A DNA stretch of 63,657 bases, filler included, from Octopus bimaculoides (taxonomy: Eukaryota), in the NCBI RefSeq assembly GCF_001194135.2. It is 4 parts of 4 records of this genome, joined end to end, with 100 filler letters (N's around TTAATTAATTAA, not from the genome) between each part and the next. Parts side by side here need not be neighbours in the genome. Positions count along the whole stretch, not along the records: positions 1 to 26,592 come from NC_068982.1; positions 26,693 to 52,700 come from NC_068987.1; 2 more parts are not named here. One strand, given 5' to 3'. A program made the position numbers and the translations under genes. The notes beneath the pieces are model-generated. The model did not search any database and was not told the origin of the DNA. It saw only the letters and a list, made by a program, of their open reading frames with translations. Below, piece after piece: positions 25,080 to 39,018 of this stretch; within the stretch, counting starts at the first letter, position 1, and each line of letters starts with the position of its first letter.

Positions 25080-26412
25080 NNNNNNNNNNNNNNNNNNNNN
25101 NNNNNNNNNNNNNNNNNNNNNNNNNNNNNNNNNNNNNNNNNNNNNNNNNNNNNNNNNNNNNNNNNNNNNNNNNNNNNNNNNNNNNNNNNNNNNNNNNNNN
25201 NNNNNNNNNNNNNNNNNNNNNNNNNNNNNNNNNNNNNNNNNNNNNNNNNNNNNNNNNNNNNNNNNNNNNNNNNNNNNNNNNNNNNNNNNNNNNNNNNNNN
25301 NNNNNNNNNNNNNNNNNNNNNNNNNNNNNNNNNNNNNNNNNNNNNNNNNNNNNNNNNNNNNNNNNNNNNNNNNNNNNNNNNNNNNNNNNNNNNNNNNNNN
25401 NNNNNNNNNNNNNNNNNNNNNNNNNNNNNNNNNNNNNNNNNNNNNNNNNNNNNNNNNNNNNNNNNNNNNNNNNNNNNNNNNNNNNNNNNNNNNNNNNNNN
25501 NNNNNNNNNNNNNNNNNNNNNNNNNNNNNNNNNNNNNNNNNNNNNNNNNNNNNNNNNNNNNNNNNATATATATATATATATGCATACATACATACGTACA
25601 TACACACTGTTACATACAAACACGTATACATTACGCGCGCACTTGCATCCATATCTGGATTCATAGGAACCATCTAAGCGCACCAGGATGTGTTTGTACA
25701 TATATTTATACGTATTTGAAATGTGCGTATTTCTGTTTTACACGTTTGCTTATGTTTACCTGCAGCCATCTTCATGCGCATGCGCGTATTTGTATGTGTT
25801 TGTGTGTGACGTATGCAGGTAGGGTGTGAAACTGGGCCGAGATGAAATAGGAAAGAATGCGAAGCTAAAGACAACTGCCTGAGTGAAAGGATTCTGACTC
25901 TGTTGACACCAGTTTTTTTCTACAACATCCATATGATAGCACACGTTTGATCTTCAAATGAAGCTAAAATTCTCTGAAGGCCACAAAGATATCTGAGATA
26001 TCTACGTTTATACACCTATATGCCAAAAACTAGACGTATTTACATATGTGATATGAACTGAATATGAAGAATATCAATTTATCTATATGTAAATCAATTC
26101 AATGCCCCCACAAGTATATATTTTTCATCTTTTACGTGTTTCAGTCATTAGACTGCAGCCAAGCTGGAGCACCGCTTTAAAGAAATGTCGAATGAACCGA
26201 CCCCAGTACTTTTAAAAGCCGGTACTAATGCTATCGGTCTCATTGGTCGGTCGAACGGCTAGGTAAACACATCAGCACGGTTGCCAAATGGAGGCGGGGG
26301 CCAAGCATAGATACAAAGGCTCACGCGTAGATGTGCAACACAGTGGGACTGAAATCAGAACCATGCGGTTGGAAAGCAATTTTCTTACCATCGAGCCACA
26401 CTTACACCTATG

Positions 26413-26493
<81 letters not shown>

Positions 26494-26636
26494 GCGCGCA
26501 CACACACAGGCGCACACACACAGTCACCTATAATATAAAGGAGTACTGGTGGAATGTACCAGTGAAGACCTCAATAAAATGTAAGCACAACGNNNNNNNN
26601 NNNNNNNNNNNNNNNNNNNNNNNNNNNNNNNNNNNN

Positions 26637-26648
26637 TTAATTAATTAA
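26637..26648. other. Artificial scaffold-concatenation linker (six-frame stop TTAATTAATTAA between two 44-N runs)
   Basis: N 26593-26636, 12-mer, N 26649-26692; 100 bp in total, identical to the two other linkers. Confidence 0.97.
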
Positions 26649-26692
26649 NNNNNNNNNNNNNNNNNNNNNNNNNNNNNNNNNNNNNNNNNNNN

Positions 26693-27838
26693 GCACGGTC
26701 CACGGAAGTGCTCTGGCAAGGGCGGTGTAGATGGTGGTGGGTGGATATCCACACAGGCTAAAGTGGCGAGCCATGAGTTGAGACTGAGTCTCAAAGTCAT
26801 GGCTGTCACTACAAAGTCTGCATAGACGGAGGAATTGGGAATAGGGGATGGAAAGTTTTGTGTGTCTAGGGTGGGAGGAGGAGAAGTTGAGATAGGAGTG
26901 TGAGTCTGTGTGTTTGTAGTGGATGGAGGTGCTAAGAGTGGATTGAAGGATGCTGACCGAAATGTCGAGAAAGAGGACAGAGGTGTCAGAGATAGTACAG
27001 GAGAAGTGGACTGCAGGATGAAAGGATTGAACGAAAGAGAGGAACGAGTCAAGATGTTCGAGGGAGAGTGAGGTAGCACCGATACAGTCGTCGATATAAC
27101 AACCGTATAGTTCGGGAGTAGGACCAGTGAAACTTGAGAATATTTGGGCCTCAACATAACCAACGAACAGGTTCGTGTAGTTGGGGCCCATTCTCGTCCC
27201 CATGGCCACTCCCGAGCTCTGCTGGTAGATATCCCCCGCGAACGAGAAGCAGTTAAGAGATAGGACAAGTTCGGCCAGACGAATGAGTGTGGAGGTGTCA
27301 GGTTGTGGGTTGGGGCGTTGGTCTAGGAAATACTTAAGGGCACGCAGCCCCTCATCGTGGGGGATCACCGTATAGAGGCTCTGAATGTCTAGAGTGAAGA
27401 GAAGCTTAGAAGGGCCAGGAGGGAAGGAGAAAGAGTTGAAAAAACGAAGCGCGTGGTTAGTGTCATGANNNNNNNNNNNNNNNNNNNNNNNNNNNNNNNN
27501 NNNNNNNNNNNNNNNNNNNNNNNNNNNNNNNNNNNNNNNNNNNNNNNNNNNNNNNNNNNNNNNNNNNNNNNNNNNNNNNNNNNNNNNNNNNNNNNNNNNN
27601 NNNNNNNNNNNNNNNNNNNNNNNNNNNNNNNNNNNNNNNNNNNNNNNNNNNNNNNAGGTCATGGATAGTAGAGGACACAGTCTGTTGGTAGCTGGGCGTG
27701 GGGTCAGAGGGCAGAGGGCGGTAGAATGAGGTATCTCAAAGTTGGCGGAGAGCTTCGGCCTTGTAGAGGTCTGCGCGCCATACCACCACGGCTCCACCTT
27801 TATCAGCCGGTTTTATGATGATGTCCGTGCGGCGTCGG
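26693..27838 (-). mobile_element. Penelope-like element, reverse transcriptase fragment
   Basis: IIIKPADKGGAVVVW, LDIQSLYTVIP, GVAMGTRMGPNY, YIDD, FLD, HYKHTDSHSYL..SSHP. No stop over ~258 codons between gaps (27467-26693). Confidence 0.93.
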
Positions 27839-27847
27839 AGGGATCGA

Positions 27848-28766
27848 TTGGGTCATCCCATAAATAATGTGGTTTTTCCAATTGCATGAACTAAAAGTCG
27901 GAGGGAGATGGGATAAACTACCTGCATCAACTTGCTATAAAAGCAGGTAGTAATTTTACCTTGTACTTATTCTTAGTGCAGGTTTTGAAAAGTGCTGTTT
28001 GATTTTGACAGTTATATTTTCAAAGCTATAATGGAAGTGACAAAGGAGCATATTCAGCATATTTTGAATACGAGTTCAATAACAGCAACAACACAATGGA
28101 AAGTGTGAGGAATATTAATGCAGTATATGGGAATTGGACAATAAGCGTAAGCCAGTTTCAATGGTGGTTCCAGAAATTCTGAGTCGGAAACTACAGTCTA
28201 GAAGACGAGCCTTGTTTTGGAAGATCTGTAGAGCTCTACAAGGATGCCCTGCAAACCCTGGTGGAACAAAATCCCATCATAACTGTTGAGGAAATAACAG
28301 AGAAGCTTGGATTTGGTCATTCAACGATTCATCGACACCTGCACTTGAAGAAAAATGACCATCGTTGATTTCAAGATGAAAGGTGTTCTTTCATAAGGAT
28401 AATGCTCAGCCACATACGGCGAGGATGACATTCCACAGGCTGGAGGAGTTTGAATGGGAAACAATGCCCCACCCACCATATGCGCTGGACATTATCCCAT
28501 CTGATAATCATTTATTTAGCAGTCTTCAAAATCATTTCGACGGAAAAAATATGAATTCTGTAGACACAGTCAAAACAGTGCTGGAGGAATATTTTTCATC
28601 ATGGATAAGTGAACTTAGGAAGAGGGACCTTGCAAGTCAACCAGATAGATGGAAGAGCATTGTAGAAAATCAAGGAGCATTTATTTTAGATTAAAAAATA
28701 ACTTTGTTTATCATAATTTTGAAAAATAAAAGTATAAAAAAACTGTATTATTTATGGATGACCCAA
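27848..28766 (+). mobile_element. Mariner (Mos1-like) DNA transposon, internally deleted
   Basis: ~23-bp TIRs ttgggtcatc(c)cataaataat; TA at 28767; N-terminal HTH remnant plus KDNAQPH and HPPYALDIIPSDNHLF. Confidence 0.92.
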
Positions 28767-28774
28767 TAGAACAT

Positions 28775-29130
28775 AACTTTAGGGTCCTTCTTACACATCT
28801 TACCAATGTAAAATGACATCTTATCTTATAAGACATCCAATAATATGTAATTAGTAAACGATTAATGCTAAATGAAGACTCCTAGAATATTTAAATATTT
28901 ATCAGGTAAAATGGCAACCATGATAAAGAAGTAAACAAAAAAGACTATTTCACACCATAAATTGCTTTACTCTTAGCCTTAGCTAACGATGGTAGTTAGT
29001 GTTGTTAAGTTGTTCTTTATGGTGTGAAATAATTTTTTTGTTTACTTGACAGTGTTAATTGTATACAAATCATTTATAAGATAAGTTGTCATTTTACATA
29101 GGTAAAACACATAAGAAGGACCCTAAAGTT
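28775..29130. mobile_element. Foldback/MITE-like element abutting the mariner right end
   Basis: Outer arms aactttagggtccttctta...tcttatcttataa / ttataagataag...taagaaggaccctaaagtt, plus inner arms aagtaaacaaaaaa...tttcacaccataaa / tttatggtgtgaaata...tttgtttactt. Confidence 0.75.
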
Positions 29131-30029
29131 AAATTCTTGTACTCTTTTCTTTATATGTAATTTCAATAGCTATACTCTTACTCTCAGCTTTAGCTAATGA
29201 TGGTAGTTCATGTTAAGATATCTATGGTGTGAAGTAGTTTTTTGTTTACTGTTTGATAATCTCTTCTGACACAGAGGATCGGGAGCCTTTTTGGGTGTTC
29301 TATTTTCCTTGCTGGAAGGGCTCCCAACCCATGGGCCAAGGGAGAGTTAGATGATAGGTGCGATGGTTTCAAAAGGGCCAGCATGTGCAATCTGATCACC
29401 TCTGCCGGTCAAACTACCAACCCATGGGTTACCATTGCGGCACTGATTCTACAGAACTGGGTTGGGTGAACTTTAAAGTATAAATATAGATTTTTTTAAT
29501 CAGCAATGTTGTGTTCGGTTAAGTCCTATTTGGGGTGAAAAATCAATAAAATGATTCCTTATGGGGTTTTCCATTCAATCAGGATGAAAAATCGATAAAC
29601 TGATTTCTTATAGGATTTCTCTCATTAAAATTGGCTACACCCCCATTTTCAACCATAACTTTTACCAATTTTGATGTATTTTGTTCAAACTTGATGCCAG
29701 CGTTACTTAGGACTCATGAGATCTTTGAATGCTTTAAGTTCTCCAAAATAAAAAAAAATAAAAAACAATCGATGAGTGGAAAAAATCAATAAACCGATTC
29801 CTTATGGGATTTCCCAATCAAACTGTCTGCAACCCATTTTCAGTCAAACGTTTACCAATTTCAACGGATTTCGCTCAAATTTGACATCGGTGTTACTTAG
29901 TTTGGTTTGAAACATAGCACTGCTAGTAATTGTTAAGCCCTGGATAGACACTGTATGCAATGGAAGGACATATGTGTTTCAGTAAGACTTTGCACTATCA
30001 CACATGGCTCTAGTAAAACAGGAATGGAT

Positions 30030-30356
30030 GGCTGAACATTTTCATGATCACATAACCCCTAACATTTGGCCTCCTAATCCCTGAGATCTCAATCCATTGT
30101 GGAGCGTTTTGAGAGAGAGGTCAATGAACACACCCATAACACCAAAGATTCTTTGAAAGCTGCTATAGTCAGAGTAAAGTCCAAAATGAACCAGGACCAC
30201 TTGATTCGAGCATGTAGATGATTTAGATCTCGTATATAAGCAGTTGTTGAAAATGAAGGTGGCTTTATTGAATAGCATTATAGAAAAGAAGGTTTATTTT
30301 TATCCTCATAGCATTTTTTTGATAAACATAAATCTGTCCTCAAATATCTTATGCAC

Positions 30357-30360
<4 letters not shown>
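30030..30360 (+). mobile_element. Tc1/mariner (maT-like) transposase 3' fragment with right end
   Basis: ITPNIWPPNP*DLNPL...HNTKDSLKAAIVRV...AVVENEGGFIE*; ends atcttatgcaccctg. Confidence 0.8.
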
Positions 30361-30407
<47 letters not shown>

Positions 30408-31670
30408 TGAATTGAAAACCCTGTTGGATAGAAAATGATGAAGGCTGTTTGTGGGACTTGAACCCACATTTCCTGTAGACATGACAGGCATTATACTACT
30501 GTACCAATGAAATCCTTTGAATTTTTCTATTCATTTATAAACTTTAATTCTTACCAGTGAGAATTGTATGTTGCTGACATAAGAATTTTATAAACTTTTG
30601 TGAGAACATAAACTAATTCAGTTTTGGAATTCCATAAATAATACCATGTAAATATTGGGTTCAAAAACTCTTTGGGGATAGAAAATAAGGTGAAGGCTAC
30701 CCATCAACAACATACAATTTGTTGCTGGTCAGAATAATGTTTCTAAAATGAAAGAAAAATTGAAGAATTGCTTGGTATAATGGTAGAACATGTGTCATGT
30801 CTACAAGAAATGTGAATTGAAGTCTTATGGGGAGCCCTCAACTTCTTCTATCCAAAGTGGTTTTACAGCGCAATATATACATGCTTTTATTCAAAGCTTT
30901 ATATGGGCTTTGAGATTTCAATAAAAAAATCATTTCATATTCTCTTGAAAGTTTATAAGTATGGATTCTAATGTTGGAGATGATTCTAACTTCAAATTCC
31001 AAAAGACTGGATCAAGTTCAGATGGTTAAACAGCAAAAGTTTCCATACAGAGTACAAGCTTTGTCACTAGGTAGGGACAGGGTTTCTTTTGAATTGTTGG
31101 TAATGAACAATTCGATACTACAATGGTAACACAACCGAAGAGAGATAAATAGGCAGTGATACATATATTCTCTGAAGTATTTCAGTTGACCTCAAATTAT
31201 AATTGTTGAGGGGTAACTTTCTGGACATCTTTTTCAACTGCAAGAACTCAGAGACTATTTGTTAGAATCTACTTAAGTTGTTTGAGGATGTTACATGAAG
31301 CATTTTATACTAAATATACAGACATACATCCAAATATAGCCATGTGGTGATGTCGCTTCACAATCAAGTGATTACAAGTTTCATGCCACTATATGGCACC
31401 TTGGATACATGTCTTCTACTGTAACCTAAGGTTGACTAATTCTTTGTGAGTGAAATTTGGTAGGCGGAAACAGTGCAGAAGGTCGTTGTGTGCACGTGTG
31501 TATACTGGTGTAAACTGATATGTCAAATTACATCTCTTTCCAATTAAAAGGTAAAACTTGGTTATATGATAAATAAAAGTCGCTAAAATAAATGCCCGAA
31601 TGAAGTAAAAGTGGGCGGGGAGGGATAATATAATTAAGGAAAACTACAGCAAACATTCTTTGTTTCAGAT

Positions 31671-34600
31671 TGTTGTGAAAGGATTCCAACCATGTCAGAA
31701 ATACTTCAGAAGTCTGAAAATATTTCAGGTTTGTACTCACCAGACAGCGTAGCAAACTCAATTGGAGAATTCAAATATAACCCAGAAGAAGATATTACCT
31801 TCTCTGGATATTTTTGTAGACATGAAGAAATCTTTAATGAAGAGTGTAAAAGTTGGTCCGACAAGAAAAAAATATCGATTACTTTTAAGAACACGAAAAA
31901 TATAGTAATTATATTCTGCCAAAGAAGCCAAGTGGGATTTGTTTCGATGAAACAATATTGTATCGAAAATTTTCAGTGAAAGAAGTTCTCTGTTCAATAA
32001 TTGCTGGCGATGGTTAAATTTGGTCAAAAAAGATGAAGATTTCGTCACCTATGTCAGAGTGATTAACGGAGAGTGAGAAATTCAAATAGAATGACTTAAC
32101 CCTGGATGTGTTCAAGTCTTTAATTTTTGTTCAAGGGCTTACTGCAAACAAAGATGTAGAAATATGTTCCTGGATATTAACAAAATTAGAATAGGACCAA
32201 AATTTAACTGTACAGGCAGTAACAAAAGAATGTCAGAGGATTATTAATCTACAACATGATGCAAATAAAATTGAAGAGAAAGATTGCTCTCAGATTCAAG
32301 CATGTCAACCAGTAATGAATAAGAAACAAGAGAAAAAATGTCAAGACTGAATCTATGCTATAGGTGCAGTGGTCTACATTTTAAAAATAACTGTGTTTCC
32401 ATCCATCCATCATTTTGAATCCGGGTTTTGTCCCTGTTAACAGGGGTGGCCAGATCTACCTCAATGCTATTGCAACTGCCCTCACACCATCTCCCCATCT
32501 TGCCCGGTTTTGGGCGTCCTCCCTTCTCAAACCAACCTTCCCAATCTCCTCCTCCACCTGTCCCTTCCACATTTTCCTTGGTCTACCTCATTTTCGCTGT
32601 CCATTTACCTCAAACTCTAGTACCCTATTCAGAACATGCTTCTCATCCCTCCTCAACACATGCTCATACCACTGCATTCCATTCGCCCTTGCCAGCCATT
32701 CCACTGATTCCTTCAACCCCAGCATCCCCATTAAGTCCTCAGACCTCCTCTTATCAAACAGTCCTACGTCACACATTTCTCTCACCATTGCTCTCTCAGT
32801 CCTTCTCAAAATTGCCATCTCTCTCTCTCAAACACCATGTCTCACTCCCATACAGCATTGCANNNNNNNNNNCATCTCTCTCTCTCAAACACCATGTCTC
32901 ACTCCCATACAGCATTGCAGCTCTCACACAACTCCTATAGACCCTTCCTTTCATCTTCAATGAGAACTTTTACCCATATAATAATGCTCTGCATTTCCTG
33001 AACTTCACTCAGCCAAGTCTCGCTCTTGCTGTCACAGCTGCTTCACATCCACTCTATTTCCCAAATAACAAAACGGTTTCACTGTCTCCACCTCATCACA
33101 TAGTGTTTCCACTGACTTCGCCAGCCCTCCAGCTCCTTTCTCACATCTTCCACAAACAAACTCTCTTGAAAGTCTTGGGGTCACCTTCTTCATTTTCATA
33201 CATCTACCATGAATCCATTTCTCACATCTTGTACACAACACTGCATTTGCCATTACCCTCCTCCTACATACACTACATGGATCCACCTTACTCACTAACA
33301 CTTCTCTCCTTCCACCCACTCACCACCACCATTGTCTTCCTGAGGTTTACCTTCAAACCCTTGCTTTCAAACGCCTCCATCCATTTCCGAAACTTCTCCC
33401 TCAATCCCTCCATCATCTCACTCATCAGAACAAGATCATCTACATACAGTATCTCCATTAACAGTCCCTCTCTTGCACTCCCCGTCACCACATCAACCAC
33501 TATTGCAAACAACAATGGTAACAACACAGACCCCTGATGCACACCAACTTTCACCGCAAACTCCTCCGACAGCTCTGATCCAACTCTTACTCTTGTCTTT
33601 ACCCCTTCATACAAACTCATCGCTGCTCTCACTATTACCTCTAGTACATCTCTCTTCCTCAATGCCCACTCAATCACCTTCCATGGAACCCAATCAAATG
33701 CCTTCTCCAGATCAACAAAGCACAAGTACAACTCCTTCCCTTTATCTCAGTATTCCTCTTGCAATCTCCTTACAATGAACACTGCATCTATTGTCCCCCT
33801 TCCTGGCATAAAACCAAATTGCATCTCATCCACATCCGCCCCTTTCCGAATTCTCCTCTCCAACACTCTTTCCACTATCTTCATTGCATGCTCCAATAAC
33901 TTTACTCCTCTTGCACCCCCCCTCCCTTTGAAGATCAGTACCACCACACTTAGTGCCCAATCATCTGGCAATCCTCTTCCATCCAGCACGCCCTGGCAGA
34001 GCTCCATCATCACAGCAATCCCTATCTCCTTACTTCTAATGGACCAGCTGCCTTTCCTGTTTTCCTTTCCTTCATTGCCTCCACTACTTCTTCCTGACTA
34101 ACCCTCTTCACCACAGCAACTTCCACCTTCTGATCCCATTCATAATTCCTTCTATATGCTCCTTCCAAACTCTACCCCTGTCCTTCTCACTAAAATTCAA
34201 CCTTCCATGACTCCTCCTTAAACATCTTCCTCCCTCAACATCTCTTCCATCACTTTTCATTGATTTAATAAACCAAAACACTATCTGGGTTCTTATCCAG
34301 CCTGCTCAACCTCCTTCCTCATAGATCTCGCAACCACCCTCTTTGCATGATTCTTCATGTTATTATACCTGGCTTTCATTTGCTCAGTCCTATTATTACA
34401 TAAAGCTTTGTGCGCCTCCTTCTTCCTTGCTATCACATCCCTTACCTCCTCGTTCTACCACCACATATTTCCTTGATCTCTCCTACCCTTCATCCTTCCA
34501 CACACTTTGTCACATACCTTTAGTACTCCTTCTTTAAAAGACTTCCACAAATCTGGTGCATCAATGCTTACCAACTCCCCAACTCTCTCCTCAAACCTTG

Positions 34601-37600
34601 CTCTTGTTTCTTCTTCCTTCAGTTTCCACACCTTCCTCTTCTCAACGGTTCTCTTTCTCACACACTTTATAACTTTCCTCTTCTCCAAGTCAGCAACCAC
34701 CAACCTGTGCTGCAACACCCCTGGTATTGTCTTCACATTTCTCTGACATTTTCTGTTTTACCTGCCAACCAACACAAAATCAATCTGTCTCATTCCCTCC
34801 TGCACTGAAAGTCACCTTCCTTTTCTGTTTTCCTAAACCACGTATGTGCCACATACAACTCTTTTTCATCACAAAACTCCAACAGCATCCTTCCTTCCAA
34901 ATTTCTCTCCCCAATTCCATTTCCCTCATGCACACCCTCAAAGCCCTGGATCCATTTCCCAACATGTCCATTAAAATCACCCATGCCCAAAACCAATTCA
35001 TCAACCTTTTGTAAGTTCCACTCATTTGCCATTTCATCAAAGAACTGCTCTTTCTTGGCGATCCCTCTTCCACTTTGCTGACCATACCCACAAATCACCC
35101 TCACCACTTCTTCCTCAAATGCTAACACTCCTGTCATCACTCTGTCACTCTTTCTCCTGACCTCCACTACCTTCTCACAGATTTCTTCCTTCTTTTGTGT
35201 TAAATAATACAACAAACTTGTTCGGTACTGACTGGATGGAACTGTTTAATTTATGGAACCTCCCAATAAATCTTTTCTGTAAAAATGAAAATGGTTTTTC
35301 CTCCAGTACAGATAAGTTGTCAGATGAATTGAAAAAAAAANNNNNNNNNNNNNNNNNNNNNNNNNNNNNNNNNNNNNNNNNNNNNNNNNNNNNNNNNNNN
35401 NNNNNNNNNNNNNNNNNNNNNNNNNNNNNNNNNNNNNNNNNNNNNNNNNNNNNNNNNNNNNNNNNNNNNNNNNNNNNNNNNNNNNNNNNNNNNNNNNNNN
35501 NNNNNNNNNNNNNNNNNNNNNNNNNNNNNNNNNNNNNNNNNNNNNNNNNNNNNNNNNNNNNNNNNNNNNNNNNNNNNNNNNNNNNNNNNNNNNNNNNNNN
35601 NNNNNNNNNNNNNNNNNNNNNNNNNNNNNNNNNNNNNNNNNNNNNNNNNNNNNNNNNNNNNNNNNNNNNNNNNNNNNNNNNNNNNNNNNNNNNNNNNNNN
35701 NNNNNNNNNNNNNNNNNNNNNNNNNNCTCTCTGACACGTACCTACAAATTAGAGTAGATGATGAATGCTCTAAATATCTAACGCACATAAAGGACTGTAT
35801 AAATACATCAGGTTACCATTTGGCTTAAAAGTTGCACCAGCAATTTTTCAACAGATTATGGATGCAATGTTAGCAGACTGTGAATTTACAATTCTATATC
35901 TGGATGATATACTCATTAAAAGTGAATGCAGGGATCAACACAAAGAGCACATAAAATATGTATTAGAAAACAATTAGGGATTATGGCTTTACTTTGAGTG
36001 AAGAAAAGTGTGAATTTTTCTTACCAAAAATAAGATATTTAGGACAAATCATTGACAGAATGGACATCGACCAGACTTGTCAAGGGCAACACAATTAAAA
36101 ATATGCCCTCTCTGATTAATATAGTGACCTTACAAGCATATTTAGGATTGGTAAATTATTACCAAAATTATATTCAAAATGTGCATAAGATGTGGGCACC
36201 ACTGAATAATTTGCTGAAAAAGATATGAAATGGAATTGGTCGGAAAACTGTCAAAAGGCATTTGATGAAATAAAAAAATTCTAACATCTGATTTGTTGTT
36301 GGCACACTTTCATCTTGCAGCAGAGATTGTTGTAGCTTCAGACGCTTCTGAGTATGGTATAGGAGCAGTAATGCTACATAAATATAAAAATTAGAACATG
36401 AAGGCAGTGGTTCATGTCTCACATTCTCTGATAGCAGCAGAGAAAAATTATAGTCAAATCAAAAAAGAAGCTTTAGCAGTTTTCACACATTTTTATATGG
36501 TAAAAGTTTTCGTCTACAGACTGATCACCATCTATTATTATTGATATTTGGATCAAAAAAAGAAATTCCTACCCATACTGCTAATAGATTACAACAATGG
36601 GCTATGATATTATTAAACTATGATTTCAAGATGGAGTATATACCATCCAAGAAGCTAGGTCATGCAGACTGTCTATCAAAACTGATTTTGAAAAATGCAG
36701 AACCATTTGAAGATACTGTTATTGCTGCTTTGCAAGCAGAAAATGAAATTTAAAATGTTTTGTGTNNNNNNNNNNNNNNNNNNNNNNNNNNNNNNNNNNN
36801 NNNNNTAATGTCATTCATGAACTGCCAGTTACTTTACAAGTCATAAAATTGAAATCAAAAAATGATAAATTTATTATCAAAATGAAAATAATACTGAAGG
36901 CTAAAAGAGATAAAAATATGCACAATACAAATGCAAACCATTTCTCATTGTGTGACAATGTGTTGATGTATGCACAAAGAGTCGTAGTGCTTGCCACACT
37001 ACAAAAGCAATTATTAACGGAATTTCATATGGGTCACCCAAGGATTTCAAGAATGAAATCATTAGTGAGAAGTTATGTATATTGGCCAGCAATGGGCTGT
37101 GACATTGAAGAATCAGTGAAAGCATGCAGAGGGTATGCTTTAGCTGAAAAATCACCTACCACTAAATGGCAACCGTGGCCAAAAACAGATGTGTTCCATG
37201 GGCCAGACTGCATATTGATTATGCAGGTCCCCTTAAGGGTTCATATTACCTTGTCATGGTGGATATTTTTTCAAAGTAGCTGGAAGTGCATAAATGTAAA
37301 AAGCCAACATCTGCGATTACAATAAGTTTTTTTACATAAATTGTTCACCTGGTATGGTATTCCAGATACCATTGTGTCAGATAATAGAACTCAATTTATG
37401 TCAGACAAGTTCAGAAAATTTTGTAAAATATTTGTTATCATACATGTCACCACTCTGCTCTGTCATCCTTGGTCAAATGGACAAGCAGAGCATTTTGTTG
37501 ACATTTCAAGAGGGTATTGAAAAAGGTGAACAATGAAGTGATGGACGATTTTGCACTCCAATAATTTCTAAGAGTGTACCAAGTAACTCCTAATCCGAAT

Positions 37601-38254
37601 ACACCATCAGGCATGTGACCCACAGAACTGATGTTTGCTAGAAAGGTCAGATCTGTTTTTGATAAGCTAATACCAAGTGAAAAAAAAAAAAAACACAAAC
37701 AACAAAAATACTTCAAAATTCTTCAAGTTAGGTGACAAAGTTTTTTTTTAAATCTATAGATATGGTAAAGAAAGCTGGGAGGACGGTATGATAATTAAAC
37801 AAATTGGAAAATGATATTCCTGGTAAAAGGAAAGAAGACTGAATACAAAAGACTTTAACCAGCTTAAGAAAAGATTCACAGAAAATACAGTCATGAGAAA
37901 TGAAATCCCTATGGAAGTATTGTATGACACGTTTGAGGTACCAACACCCAAACAATTTGAAACTATACGTTATAGCACTAGAAAACGGAAAAGAATGGAA
38001 ACACTGGAATTGAACCCTAAATGTAAGTGATATTAAAACTCAAAGTGGAGTTCAATTCTCAAAAGGGGAGATAAGGGAAACTGATTCTAAAAAGGGGAGA
38101 CGTTGTGGAAGGATTCCAACCAACCTTTAAGTGTGAGTGATTGGCAGTTCATGTAACTAGCAGTTCACTGTGAACATTTGATATAGGAATAGTGATGCGT
38201 CGTGTACATACTTTCTTCTCCACTACTTTGTTATATTATATATCCAATACAACG
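31671..38254 (+). mobile_element. Decayed Ty3/gypsy LTR retrotransposon (gag-RT-RNaseH-integrase)
   Basis: Gag from ATG 31692 with CX2CX3HX4C knuckle ~32360; RT FGLKVAPAIFQQ/YLDDILI (~35820-35920); RNase H ASDASEYGIGAV; integrase HMGHPRI..MKS, IDYAGP, IVSDN; PPT aaaggggaga 38091-38100; 3' LTR ~38101-38254. Many stops and frameshifts. Confidence 0.92.
32398..35195 (-). mobile_element. RTE-clade LINE nested in the gypsy element (5'-truncated, frameshifted)
   Basis: AP-endonuclease (GDFNGHVG, QHRLVVADL) and RT (FVDLEKAFD, GVHQGSVL, LYVDDLVL); short (gatg)n tail at ~32400. Confidence 0.92.
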
Positions 38255-38324
38255 ATATAAAAATTACAAATTGTGACATGTAAGGATAGATTTTTTTTTT
38301 TTTAATTGCCAGACTTAACAGTCA

Positions 38325-38516
<192 letters not shown>

Positions 38517-38564
38517 CTAAAAAAGAAAAAAATAGGTAAAATATTAGAACAAGCAAAGTAATCA

Positions 38565-38819
<255 letters not shown>

Positions 38820-38853
38820 TTACTGGATGGTGTGAACAAGTTTTCCACTTTAC

Positions 38854-39018
38854 CTGATGATATCGATAAGATTTTTCCAAACGCATGTATTTTAAACAAT
38901 ATTCACAAATCCATAATTTGGGTTGTTTTCCATACTCTTCAGGGTAAGGTGAAAAATACCAGGCATCTATTTCATATTTTCCAATCTGTATTTTGTCAAT
39001 ATACTTGACTTTTGTGAT
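38854..39018 (-). CDS. KAT8: KAT8/MOF internal exon (165 nt, phase 0), includes C2HC zinc finger
   Basis: AG/GT flanked. [55 protein letters not shown]. Confidence 0.97.

Noticed and set aside
30550-30615. Minus-strand AG...GTAAGA segment with YVLTKV, resembling KAT8 FYILTEV
   Set aside because: The rest does not match KAT8, and the true exon is at 38376-38516.
32815-32920. Direct repeats flanking 10-N gaps (also 53345-53432)
   Set aside because: Exact duplication across a minimal gap is the signature of unmerged contig overlap.
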